The notes under the pieces are model-generated. The model made no database searches. It was not told the DNA's origin and saw only the letters and a program-made list of their open reading frames with translations. A DNA stretch of 64,000 nt from NCBI GenBank assembly GCA_963765765.1, contig CAVXYC010000015.1, positions 576,001 to 640,000 of the forward strand, given 5' to 3'. Position numbers and translations under genes: made by a program. Shown here piece by piece: positions 1 to 9,943 of the stretch (positions are counted from its first letter, which is position 1; the number at the start of each line of letters is the position of its first letter). Origin of the DNA: an uncultured Chloroflexia bacterium (GTDB lineage: Bacteria; Chloroflexota; UBA6077; JACCZL01).

Positions 1-2
1 AG

Positions 3-704
3 CCAGTTGCCGGTCACATGGATCCGGTCCGGCCAGTCAGGCGGCTTCGGGGAGACGGCGGGACTAAAGCCGTACAGCAAGAGGCCACGCCTCCTATCCA
101 GCTCCCTCAACGGATGTCGCCACGGTAGCGGTGGCAGATGGAGGACCTCACGCCGCGTGGTGTTGACCAGTGGGCGAAAGAGAAGCCATATGAACTGTCG
201 GTAGACCATGTGGGTTAGCAAGTTGAAGTGGCCCCCCAGGCGCTCCCCGAGCGGCGTCAGGGACGTGTCGGCCGGGTAGTAGCGTGTCGGCGTCACCGGA
301 GAAAGGAAAGCTCGGACCAGTGGCACACGCAGCCTTTCGGCGATGTGATAGCCGAGGAAGCTCCCGAGGACACCGGCGACGATGACATCGGCGTTCTGGC
401 ATGCAACCCAACAATCGCTCGCGAGGTGGCGCGCGATAGGTGCCACCGTGCGGTGAAGCCCCCTCGCCCAGCGCAGAATGTCTCCACCGTCATCTACCCA
501 ATCACGTGCCGCCTCGGTCCTCGAAATCTCAACGGGATCGGCTACGATCGGGAAGAAGTCCAGCTTTCGCTCGTTCACGAACGTCTTGAACATGGCGTGC
601 GTTGCGATGCGTACGTCATGACCGGCTGCCTGCAAGCCCCGGCCCAGAGCGACATATGGCTCCACGTCGCCGCGTGAGCCCAGGGTCAGGATGGTCATGC
701 GCAC
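3..704 (-). CDS. GT1-family (sterol/glycolipid-type) glycosyltransferase, 3' end outside window
   Basis: Not in the ORF track because it has no stop in the window. Manual translation from GTG 704 (overlapping the upstream TAG) gives VRMTILTLGSRGDVEPYVALGRGLQAAGHDVRIATH...LYGFSPAVSPKPPDWPDRIHVTGNW, typical of Glyco_transf_28/UGT. Confidence 0.85.
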   Translation of the reverse strand, partial: MRMTILTLGSRGDVEPYVALGRGLQAAGHDVRIATHAMFKTFVNERKLDFFPIVADPVEISRTEAARDWVDDGGDILRWARGLHRTVAPIARHLASDCWVACQNADVIVAGVLGSFLGYHIAERLRVPLVRAFLSPVTPTRYYPADTSLTPLGERLGGHFNLLTHMVYRQFIWLLFRPLVNTTRREVLHLPPLPWRHPLRELDRRRGLLLYGFSPAVSPKPPDWPDRIHVTGNW

Positions 705-1579
705 TACTGTTCGACTTTTTGCAGGACGAACCGCAGGTACTGCAATGCCCCCGACCCGAACATCTCGAACGCTTTGCTGCCCTTGACGCCCGCGAACTCT
801 CGGTATGATGGGCGCAGAGCCCTGGGAAGCCTCTGAATATTCGCCAGCCGGCGCCCGGTGTCGAGCTCGAGCGCGCGGAGTACGTTGGGGGTGATCCATT
901 CTTCCTGGAGTATGACCAAGCCTGATCGCTCGAACTGCTGCCGTAAAGCATCTACTTGGTCCGTTGAGCGTAGATCTGCGAAAAGGAAATGTCCTTCTGG
1001 GCGCAGCACTCTTGCCACTTCACTGAGGAATTGCTCCATACGTGGATAACTATGCGATGACTCAATATTGATTACCGCATCAAATGAGTCACCTGCAAAT
1101 TGCAGATCTTCTGCGTCTCCTTTGGTGAATGATAACCCTTCAATACGATAATGATTTCTGCAAAACTCAATCGCTTTGTCAGAGAGATCAATTCCAATTA
1201 AAGTATGAGGATGAAAATATTCTGCTACAAATGCAGCACCACCACCTCTTCCACAGCCAATCTCTAGTACATTCTTATCGAGAATAGTGACACCATTGAT
1301 CACACGTCTGTAAAGTTGCACGCCATATGTGCTATTGTTGTATTGGTTACGAATTTCTTCATCAACATACGGAATTCCTGCGTTGGCATATCCATAATTC
1401 ATGAATGTTACCCTGGCCGTCTTGTCTCTCGCACTGACCGATTCGTATAGCCTTCGGATAAGCTCCTTCTGGAATCGGGTCCGTATTGGATCAATCCGCG
1501 AAATTGTGTCAAGTGCAAGAGAGAACATCAGTCCCGGAAAGTACCGAATCAGATACCGCAATCTCTTAGACATATACAT
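704..1579 (-). CDS. Class I SAM-dependent methyltransferase (lipid/phthiotriol O-methyltransferase-like)
   Basis: FMNYGY, VLEIGCGRGGG, FDAVINIESSHSYP and VLRPEGHFLFAD motifs. Confidence 0.85.
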   Translation of the reverse strand: MYMSKRLRYLIRYFPGLMFSLALDTISRIDPIRTRFQKELIRRLYESVSARDKTARVTFMNYGYANAGIPYVDEEIRNQYNNSTYGVQLYRRVINGVTILDKNVLEIGCGRGGGAAFVAEYFHPHTLIGIDLSDKAIEFCRNHYRIEGLSFTKGDAEDLQFAGDSFDAVINIESSHSYPRMEQFLSEVARVLRPEGHFLFADLRSTDQVDALRQQFERSGLVILQEEWITPNVLRALELDTGRRLANIQRLPRALRPSYREFAGVKGSKAFEMFGSGALQYLRFVLQKVEQ

Positions 1580-2389
1580 TTCCGCCCCTCTTGAGAAACA
1601 TCAGTTGTCTGGGCGCCGTAATGCCCGATCAGAACACCTCAAGCATCTCCACAGCGTCGCTATGCTGACCATCGCGCAAGCGGCATATGATTGCGGCGGC
1701 TGCTTCCGCCGCAGCCATGGCACCCTCCCGCCCGGCCGGGATAGTCATCTGATCCGTGAGGAAAGGGGGAGCCTAACCACCGGGAAGCGAAGCTGCGTGT
1801 ACTTGGCGGCTGCCCAGTGTACCATCCCCTCCGCCGCGCACTTAGCAGTGACGTAGTGCGGCCAAATTGCGGTGGGAGAATTTACTGCGCTCGACGATAT
1901 CAAGACGATCCAGCCGAGCCGGTCTGATAGCGATTCGAGGAAGGCGGCCATCGACACGCCGACCAGCGCCAGGCTCGTACTGGCAAACGCCTGCCCGCCG
2001 GGAAGGGCAGCTTTCGGCGTTCCCTTTCACGAATGACAGACCCTATGGCGAGCGGCCGTGATGGCAAGGAGATAGGCCACACGGAGGAGTCGCTCGATTG
2101 CGGGAAGACTGCGGGACATCGTCACTGCTTCTCAATGTCCACCGTCTCTTTTCGCCGGGCCAGAGGTCGCTGTGGGAGCGGGTTTATCGCCGTGGTCGCA
2201 GCCTCCATCCCTCGGATCCCCTCCAACCATCTTACCGACCGCGGTTGGGGTCTCTCTGTCAGGGGCGGGCACACTGTGGGACGTCATCCAGCCCTAACGA
2301 CACCCATTTGAGCGGTGCGCAGCCCAGGTGGGTAGACGTGCTCAGCCAGACGTGCACGCGTAACTATGGCTCGATGACCATGCCTGGGG

Positions 2390-3334
2390 TCACGACTTAG
2401 CTTCTCGTCGATGCCCCGTTGGCATTATGAACCGATCGACAAGCCGCTCGGGAATCGGCCCAGCTCGAAGAAGGTCGGCGAGCCTTGCGCCTCGCCCGAC
2501 GAGGTACCGTGCCTTCGGCTTCCTGGCCGTAAGCGCGTGCTCGACCGCGACGGCGATGACATCGGCCGGAACTCGGATGGTGCTCGACTTCTCCTGAGAC
2601 TGTCGATTGTGGGCAGCAGCTGACTGATACAACTCCTGTGCGTCCCGCGGGAGCTGGCTGAGGATCCGGTCGAGCCCGCTGCTCGCCTTATCCCAAATGG
2701 GAGTCGCGACTAATCCGGGCATTACAATGGAGACCTCGATGCGCCAGGGCCGTAATTCTGAGCGCAGCACCGCCGTGAGGGTCCGCAGGGCGCTCTTCGA
2801 GGCAGAGTAGGGACCACTCAGCGGGACACCCAAACCTCCGATTGCTGATCCTATCATCACGACCCGGCCGCGCCCCTGGCGGAGGAGCGGCAGGAACGCC
2901 TGCGTCACCGCGATCTGCCCGATCACGTTCACCTCGAATTGCTCCCGGAGCGCCTCGAGAGGGAGGAACTCGAGCGGCCCTAGGACGGAGATCCCGGCGT
3001 TGTTGACCAGACCTACCAACCCGACCTCGCCGACTTCGGCGGTAATCGCATCGGCCGCCTTCGCGATCGATGTCGAGTGGGTGACGTCCAGGTCGACGAC
3101 GCGCAGCCGCTCGGACGCCTCATCCCGCAGGCGACGGTCGTCCTCGCCCGGCAGCACGCCCGCGAAGACCCGGAAGCCGTGCCGGTCGAGCCGCCGCGCG
3201 CACGCCAGGCCGATGCCGCTCGATGCGCCGGTAACCACCACGCCGCCCCGCTCAGCACGTCGGGCCGTCAAATCGCCGTCGCATGGTGTGCACTGGTCGA
3301 TCGGTTGCTTCCCACCACGAGATGGTAATTGCAC
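2390..3334 (-). CDS. Short-chain dehydrogenase/reductase, copy 1
   Basis: TGASSGIG, NNAG and YSASK motifs; exact start uncertain. Confidence 0.9.
   Translation of the reverse strand: MQLPSRGGKQPIDQCTPCDGDLTARRAERGGVVVTGASSGIGLACARRLDRHGFRVFAGVLPGEDDRRLRDEASERLRVVDLDVTHSTSIAKAADAITAEVGEVGLVGLVNNAGISVLGPLEFLPLEALREQFEVNVIGQIAVTQAFLPLLRQGRGRVVMIGSAIGGLGVPLSGPYSASKSALRTLTAVLRSELRPWRIEVSIVMPGLVATPIWDKASSGLDRILSQLPRDAQELYQSAAAHNRQSQEKSSTIRVPADVIAVAVEHALTARKPKARYLVGRGARLADLLRAGPIPERLVDRFIMPTGHRREAKS
2843..3251. repeat. 409-bp near-identical repeat, copy A (partner 4007-4415)
   Basis: Direct comparison at offset 1164 shows about 4 substitutions by eye. Confidence 0.9.
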
Positions 3335-3525
3335 CGCTCCGACTCAGACAATGGAACCCGTGCAAGTGATCGATAACCGAGGCGAGAATGGATATGCATC
3401 ACACGGAGCCCTCGGCACATGAGGTGTCTGGCGTTGGCTGCGCTGGATGTCACCACGGAGACATCACAGGTGCACCGCATGTCGAGTGAGGTACGAATCC
3501 GGTAGCCATCGAGGTCGGTGGATGT

Positions 3526-4432
3526 TCAAGTCAGGTCTTCTACTTTTCCTCGGGCTGCGTCATACCCTGACCTACGCAGTGCTTGTGCAGCCATCCAATC
3601 AAGCGCTCCGTCTGGCAGAGGTATCCGTCTGCCGAATTCGCTGACCCTTGCGCCCAGCCCGAGGACGTAATGGGACTTCGGTGTGCTGGCTGCAAGCGCG
3701 TGCTCCACTGCAGTGGCGACGCCCTCCGGGGACAGAGGCAGGCTGCGTTTCGAATGCGAGGCTACTCCGGTGAAGGCGCGATCCAGTCGATACATCTCGC
3801 GAGCTTCAGAGTGCAACTGGCGAGCCATGTCATCCAGTCGACGGAAGCCCTTCTCCCAGATTGATGTCGTGACTTCACCTGGGATGACAATCGAGACCCG
3901 AATGCCCCAGGGATGTAGCTCCGCGCGCAGCACCGCCGTGAGGGTCCGCAGGGCGCTCTTGGAGGCGGCATACGGGCCGGTAAGGGGGATCGGTAGCCAA
4001 CCGGTCTGCTGATCCTATCATCACGACCCGGCCGCGCCCCTGGCGGAGGAGCGGCAGGAACGCCTGCGTCACCGCGATCTGCCCGATCACGTTCACCTCG
4101 AATTGCTCCCGGAGCGCCTCGACAGGGAGGAACTCGAGCGGCCCTAGGACGGAGATCCCGGCGTTGTTGACCAGACCCACCAACCCGACCTCGCCGACTT
4201 CGGCGGTAATCGCATCGGCCGCCTTCGCGATCGATGTCGAGTCGGTGACGTCCAGGTCGACGACGCGCAGCCGCTCGGACGCCTCATCCCGCAGGCGGCG
4301 GTCGTCCTCGCCCGGCAGCACGCCCGCGAAGACCCGGAAGCCGTGCCGGTCGAGCCGCCGCGCGCACGCCAGGCCGATGCCGCTCGATGCGCCGGTAACC
4401 ACCACGCCGCCCCGCCGAGGCTGTCCGTCCAT
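3526..4432 (-). CDS. Short-chain dehydrogenase/reductase, copy 2 (+1 frameshift near 4006)
   Basis: ORFs 3875-4546 and 3526-3933 join into TGASSGIG...GPYAASK; ATG 4432 follows a GGAG RBS. Confidence 0.85.
4007..4415. repeat. 409-bp near-identical repeat, copy B
   Basis: Matches 2843-3251. Confidence 0.9.
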
Positions 4433-4649
4433 CACCCGACTCTCCTGCGCCCCTGATGAGTTGAGACCTGGGCGCTTGCCGATGATACGGCCCATGGCCA
4501 AGTCAGTCCCAGGCTGGGGCACCCGCGGGCCGCCTGTTACCCGCAACAGGACCTGTGCTACGCTCTCGCCGCACCTGCCGGACCCATCTCAGCATACCGT
4601 CGAGTCGCTGCCACACCGTCGCGCACTGAGAGTCGGGGACCCTAGCTGG

Positions 4650-5667
4650 ATGCTGCCGATGCTCACTGGAAACAACACGCCCCGCCCCAGCTCAAGTCGC
4701 CGACCGGTCAGTGTGGGTCTGGTGCTGCCACTCGTCGAGGGGCAGCGGGCCGGGTCGACGGCGCGCTGGTCGGACCTTCGCGCGATGGCAGTGCGAGCCG
4801 AAGAGGTCGGCTTCGACTCGATCTGGGTCGTCGACCACCTGCTTTTCCGCTTCAACCTTCGCTTTGGCCGCGAGGTGCGGCTCGGGGCCTGGGAGTGCTG
4901 GAGCCTGCTCTCCGCGCTCGCGGCCGCGACGCAGCGCGTTCAGCTCGGCACCATTGTGGCCTGCACCGCGTTTCGCAACCCCGCCATGCTGGCTAAAATG
5001 GCCGACACCGTGGACGAGATCAGCGGCGGGCGCCTGATCCTGGGACTCGGGGCCGGTTGGCACGAGCCCGAGTTCGACGCCTTCGGCTATCCCTTCGACC
5101 ACCGGGTGGGCCGATTCGAGGAGGCGTTGACGATCATCGCGACCCTCCTGCGCGAGGGGGCGATCGATTTCCGTGGGAAGTACTACCAGGCTCGCGACTG
5201 CGAGCTTCGCCCGCGCGGGCCGCGGCGGACCGGGCCGCCGCTGATGATCGGCGCCTCGGGCGAGCGGATGCTGAGCCTGACCGCCCGATTCGCCGATCTC
5301 TGGAACGCATGGCTGATCTTCGGGCGCAGCCATCCCGACGAGATCCCGCAATTCCGAGCCAAGGTGGACGCGGCGTGCCAGCAGATCGGGCGCGATCCGG
5401 CGTCGCTCGGGCGCACTGTGGCGGTGCGGGTCGCCCCGGGCGGCTCATCCGGGCAGCTGCGCGCCAGCCTGCTGCAACTCGGGGCGCGGCTGGCGGGTCT
5501 CAAGGCTCGAGGCAGTGCCGCTGACCGGGTCACCAGCGGCCCTGGCGGAGGCGCTGCTCGCCTTCGCCGCCGAGGGCATCTCGCACGTCCAGGTCGAGCT
5601 CCAGTCGAACTCTCTGGCCGAGGTCGAGGCTTTCGCCAGCGTGCTCCAGGCGCTCGATCGGCGATAG
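4650..5667 (+). CDS. LLM-class flavin/F420-dependent oxidoreductase (frameshift near 5507)
   Basis: GFDSIWVVDH, RNPAMLAKMADTVDEISGGRLILGLGAGW motifs; corrected end ...FAAEGISHVQV...ALDRR* at TAG 5665-5667. Confidence 0.9.
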
Positions 5668-5670
5668 CCG
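5372..5670. repeat. ~300-bp direct repeat (3' end of LLM gene), copy A
   Basis: Aligns with 8257-8552 with scattered substitutions and small indels. Confidence 0.9.
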
Positions 5671-6369
5671 GCTGAGGTGGGTCCCACGCCGTCCACACCG
5701 CTTCTCTGGCTGGTTCGGCCCGTGGTGCGATCGAGGAATTGAAGTATATCAAGGCAACTACATCACGGTGGGCGCAGCCCACCAGCTTCTCAAGAATTCA
5801 AAGACCGCGCCACGCGGCCGACCCACCAACTGGTGCGACCACCAGAGACCACACCGCTCTCGATATGTCTCATCAACAGGTGCGATACAAGAAAATCGCC
5901 TGTCACGACGAATATATCGACCATGGGATTGTCTCAGATAGTAGGTCCATGGGGCGATCGCCGGCGACCTACATATAACCCAGTCGCCGGCCGAAACAAG
6001 CTACTTAGTGTCCACACGCTGTGGAAATGAATCATCCAGAGCGCGGAGATTGCCCGGGCCCGCCGACAGCCTTGAGGGTTGACGGCGGCCTGGACAAGCA
6101 AAAACCCTCTGCCAAACGGGGACGCCTTTAACATGCCGTGGAGAGCAGATCTGTGAGTCAGATGATCTACCGAATCTATGATTACTACGAGTCCGCTACG
6201 ACGTTTCTGACCTCTGCGGATAGGTCGAGACGGTATCACGGTCCGCGTCGTTATTGGGACGACGAGCACCTATAGCACGCGGGTACGCGGATCGGCACTC
6301 CATGGTAGAGCGCCTCCGGATCACCGAGAGCACGGCCCTAAGGCCTCGAGGCTCCGCGAGACACCGACC

Positions 6370-6934
6370 TCATCGCTGACCGGCAGGAACACCCTCGGCC
6401 CGCAAGCGCTGCAGGTAACCGCGCTGCCACCATGCGAACCAGGCCAGGCCGAGCAGCGGCGACAGCCCGATGAGATACCCAAGCCAGACGGGCGGTATCG
6501 CGCCCGGGGCCGCAACCGTGATCGGCACCTGTGTCGTCCCGCTGCCGAGCACCCCGCCACATCGTATCTCCAATCCCCAGGCGCCTCGTGTCCCGAGCGT
6601 TAGTTCGCCGGCGTAGGAGGCACGGTCGTGGGGCTCGGGCTCCAGGTCGACTGGGTGCGTCGGTGCCGCGTCGGTCTCTAGAGCTGGACGACCCGCCAAC
6701 GTAACCACGGCGCCACGGAGCGAGGAGCCACCGGGTAAGGCCCGAACTATGACCTCAAATGCCTGCCCCATACGAGGCAGATCGGGATAGACTTGGATCT
6801 ACAGTTCATATGGGCCGGCTCTCACCTGCTCAATTCGACCATCCACTGTCGTGCGCCGCAACCGGCACGGCTGCTGCCAGCGTGCTCAGCCCCAACAGGG
6901 ACAGCATCAGACCGCGCCTCAGCGTCTGTTCCAT
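6370..6934 (-). CDS. Exported YtkA/FixH-like Ig-fold protein with predicted N-terminal His and C-terminal TM anchor (frameshift ~6835, in-frame TAG 6799-6801)
   Basis: GGAGG RBS, signal peptide MEQTLRRGLMLSLLGLSTLAAAVPVAA|HDSGW; continues IEQVRAGPYEL*IQVYPD...GAWGLEI...WLGYLIGLSPLLGLAWFAWW. Confidence 0.55.
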
Positions 6935-8085
6935 CGCAGTACCTCCGCGAGTCCACTGCCAACCATGACGCTTACAATGCCCGCCGCAACCGTTACTGGC
7001 AGCGTTGGGACGGCAGCCGACGTCCACCCCAAGAGCGCGATCCCGAGAGCCCAGAGCAAGAGTCCAATGCTCGCGCCGCTCAGCACCAGCAACCGGCCGG
7101 GATTGTGAGCCTTCCCGCGATCGTCGGGTTGAAAGATCCAGAAGGAGTGCAGCCGCAAACAGACCGAGGTCGCGCCAGACGGGACCCAGATTGAACCCCG
7201 GCTCCGCTCCCGCCGCCAGCGCAAACTCGCGGAAGCTCAGACCTTCCACACCGCCCACATCCGAACTAGCCACGGCACCAGTAGCTGTAGCAGGATGTCT
7301 TGAAGCAGCACGATCCCCGCAACCAAGCTCGCGGCACCGGCAACGCGGACCACGCGGATCGCCGCCACGAACAGCCACGGGATGAGCAAAGCAACCAGCG
7401 GCGGGTACGTCATGAAGCGCAGCGGCCCGAAGTCCGCGATCGGATGAAACAACGCCCCCGAGCAACACTACGCCGACGAGCAATTGGCCAATCAAGGCCG
7501 ACATCGCAATCAACGTAGCCCACGCATCAGGGCTCAGACGCTCTGCGAGACCTCGGGGATCGAGAGTCTCTACCCGCAATGCCGCCCAGAAATAGATGAT
7601 ACCGAGTAGCGCAATCACCCCGCCAAGATCCAGCATTACATGAAAGGGCGCCCAAGCATCCGCATCAATTCCATACTGCTCGTGCCACCAGTTGTCGAGC
7701 GGGGCAGCGAACAACGCTGTCAGACAACCGACGCCGCCCAGCACGATGCCAAGGGGGACATGGAAGACTCCGAAGACGCACATCGAGTTGCCGTCGTGCA
7801 CCCCCAGGCCCCTTCGAGTAACGCACTGTTTCCAGCAGGGCCGTCGCGAGGCAGACCACGCCAGCGAGACCCGCCGCCAAGAAAATCACGACATGCGGGG
7901 CCTGGAAGAGCCCTTCGCGGCCAACCCAAATGTGCCATTGATTGTCCCAGAGCATCCCGACCGTCGCTTGCGTAGCGAGATAGATGAGCATCCAGCCTAC
8001 TACTCGCCGAAGCCGCACCTCGCTGTCTACCGTCGCGGACCGGCGCTTGGAAGGCGACTGTCGGTCCGCCCTCGAGATAGGCCAT
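6919..8085 (-). CDS. Polytopic membrane protein with two PmoC/AmoC-like D-x3-H-x12/13-H motifs (several frameshifts)
   Basis: ATG 8085 after GGAGG; joined from ORFs 7720-8109, 7665-8018, 6830-7801, 7237-7452 and 6919-7224; motifs WDNQWHIWVGREGLFQAPH and LDNWWHEQYGIDADAWAPFH. Confidence 0.65.
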
Positions 8086-8256
8086 AGTGCCTCCGTTTTT
8101 ATTGTCCACCAGGAACCCGATCGGCCTAGTTTACTCTGCCGGCTCCATGATTAGCTCAACACGAGCCGTGCGTCGAGCTACTCCGAAAACACCGACGCTC
8201 TGAACACCTCGCACCCTACCAGAAGAGCCTTCAAGGAGAGCGGTCCGCGTCGGTGG

Positions 8257-8552
8257 GGCGTGCCAGCAAATCGGGCGCGACCCGCGTCACTCGGGCGCAC
8301 CGTGGCGGTGCGGGTCGCCCCGGGCGGCTCATCCGGGCAGCTGCGCGCCAGCCTGCTGCAACTCGGGGCGCGCCTGGCGGTCTCAAGGCCGAGGCAGTGC
8401 CGCTGACCGGGTCACCAGCGGCCCTGGCGGAGGCGCTGCTGGCCTTCGCCGCCGAGGGCATCTCGCATGTCCAGGTCGAGCTCCAGTCAAACTCGCTTGC
8501 CGAGGTCGAGGCTTTCGCAAGCGTGCTCCAGGCGCTCGATCGGCGGTAGCCG
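8257..8552 (+). pseudogene. Orphan duplicate of the LLM gene 3' end (repeat copy B)
   Basis: Encodes KAEAVPLTGSPAALAEALLAFAAEGISHVQV...DRR*; the 5' part of the gene is absent. Confidence 0.85.
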
Positions 8553-8686
8553 AGTCAGGCTGGGTCCGGTGCCGGGTCCGCTCGTGCTTTTCGGGCTGGT
8601 ACACCACGGGCGCGCCCGTTATGATGTGCGCCGAACTTGCGCGCCGCCAAGGATCGATTCGGAGCACGCGCGAGGAGGTGAGATCC

Positions 8687-9943
8687 GTGCGATACCTGTT
8701 CCGTCTCGTCCTGCTACTGACACTGTTCGGAAGCACCGTTCCATCAGCCGCGCCAGCAACGGCCCAGGCCGCGCCTGTTCCTGGCGCCTGCGTGCATGGG
8801 ACCCTGCCGCACAAAGCCTTGTCGCTGATCTGCATCCCGACGAGCGGCTGGAACGGCGACCTGGTGGTCTGGGCGCACGGCTACGTGGACTTCACCGAGC
8901 CAATCGGCTTCTACCACCTGGAGCTCCCCGACGGCACGAATCTGCCCGACCTGGTTCAGGGTCTGGGGTTCGCGTTTGCCACGACCAGCTATCGCCAGAA
9001 CGGCCTGGCCATTCTCGAGGGCATCGACGATATCGCCGAGCTTGTCGCGGCGTTCCGCCGCACGGCCGGCCGTACCCCCACCCATACGTACCTGGCGGGC
9101 GTCTCCGAGGGCGGGGCCATCACCGCCCTGGCCATCGAGCGGCGACCGGAGCTCTTCAGCGGCGGGCTCTCGGCCTGTGGCCCGATCGGGGATTTCAAGT
9201 ACCAGGTGGAATACGTCGGCGACTTCCGCGTCCTCTTCGATTACTTCTTCCCCGGAGTGATCCCCGGCGAGCCGACGAACATCCCGTCGGAAGTCATCAG
9301 TAATTGGGACGGTACGTACGTCCCGAGGATACGGCAGGCATTGGCCGCCAACCCGGGCGCGGCCCGCCAGCTGATCAGCACCTCGAAGGCCGCGACCGAC
9401 TCGGCCGACCCCTCAACGGTTGCGACCACCACGGAACACGTGCTCTGGTACAACGTCTTCGGGACCAATGATGCGGTCACCAAACTCGGCGGCAACCCGT
9501 TCGGCAACCGCGATCGCTGGTACTGGGGCTCGGACAACGACATACTGCTCAACGCGCTGGTCAGGCGCTTCAGCGCCGACGAGCGCGCGCTGCGCCAAGT
9601 CGGCCGCTATCAGACAACCGGGCCACTGACCCGACCATTGGTGACCCTGCACACCACCGGTGATGAGGTCATTCCTTTCTGGCATCAAGTTCTCTATGCT
9701 GGCAAAGCAAGTCCATCTGGCGGCGGCAGTCTGACGCAGCTTCCAGTGTTCCGCTATGGCCACTGCAACTTCACGCGGGACGACGCCCTGCTTGCATTCG
9801 GCCTACTGGCTCTGCAAGTGACCGGCAGCCAGCCGCAGGGCATCACCCAGCGGGTCGATGTGGAGCAGACGCGTCGCGACTTCGAGCGTGCGCAGCGGGA
9901 AATTCGTCCGAAGATGCCCACGACCAATCGCGGGCAGGAGTGA
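8687..9943 (+). CDS. Secreted alpha/beta-fold hydrolase
   Basis: GGAGG RBS plus GTG; signal peptide; VVWAHGY, nucleophile GVSEGG, TGDEVIP and GHCNF triad motifs. Confidence 0.8.
   Translation: MRYLFRLVLLLTLFGSTVPSAAPATAQAAPVPGACVHGTLPHKALSLICIPTSGWNGDLVVWAHGYVDFTEPIGFYHLELPDGTNLPDLVQGLGFAFATTSYRQNGLAILEGIDDIAELVAAFRRTAGRTPTHTYLAGVSEGGAITALAIERRPELFSGGLSACGPIGDFKYQVEYVGDFRVLFDYFFPGVIPGEPTNIPSEVISNWDGTYVPRIRQALAANPGAARQLISTSKAATDSADPSTVATTTEHVLWYNVFGTNDAVTKLGGNPFGNRDRWYWGSDNDILLNALVRRFSADERALRQVGRYQTTGPLTRPLVTLHTTGDEVIPFWHQVLYAGKASPSGGGSLTQLPVFRYGHCNFTRDDALLAFGLLALQVTGSQPQGITQRVDVEQTRRDFERAQREIRPKMPTTNRGQE

Noticed and set aside
4164-4649. Long N-terminal extension on the LLM enzyme
   Set aside because: It is the antisense shadow of SDR copy 2; the same peptide appears in ORF 3000-3422.
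5960-6135. Hairpins and a GCAAA...GGGACGC string resembling a c-di-GMP-I riboswitch
   Set aside because: No GNRA loop or second stem, and no downstream gene on that strand.
6799-6801. Pyrrolysine or other recoding of the in-frame TAG
   Set aside because: No pyl genes are visible, and neighbouring frameshifts make error or decay more likely.
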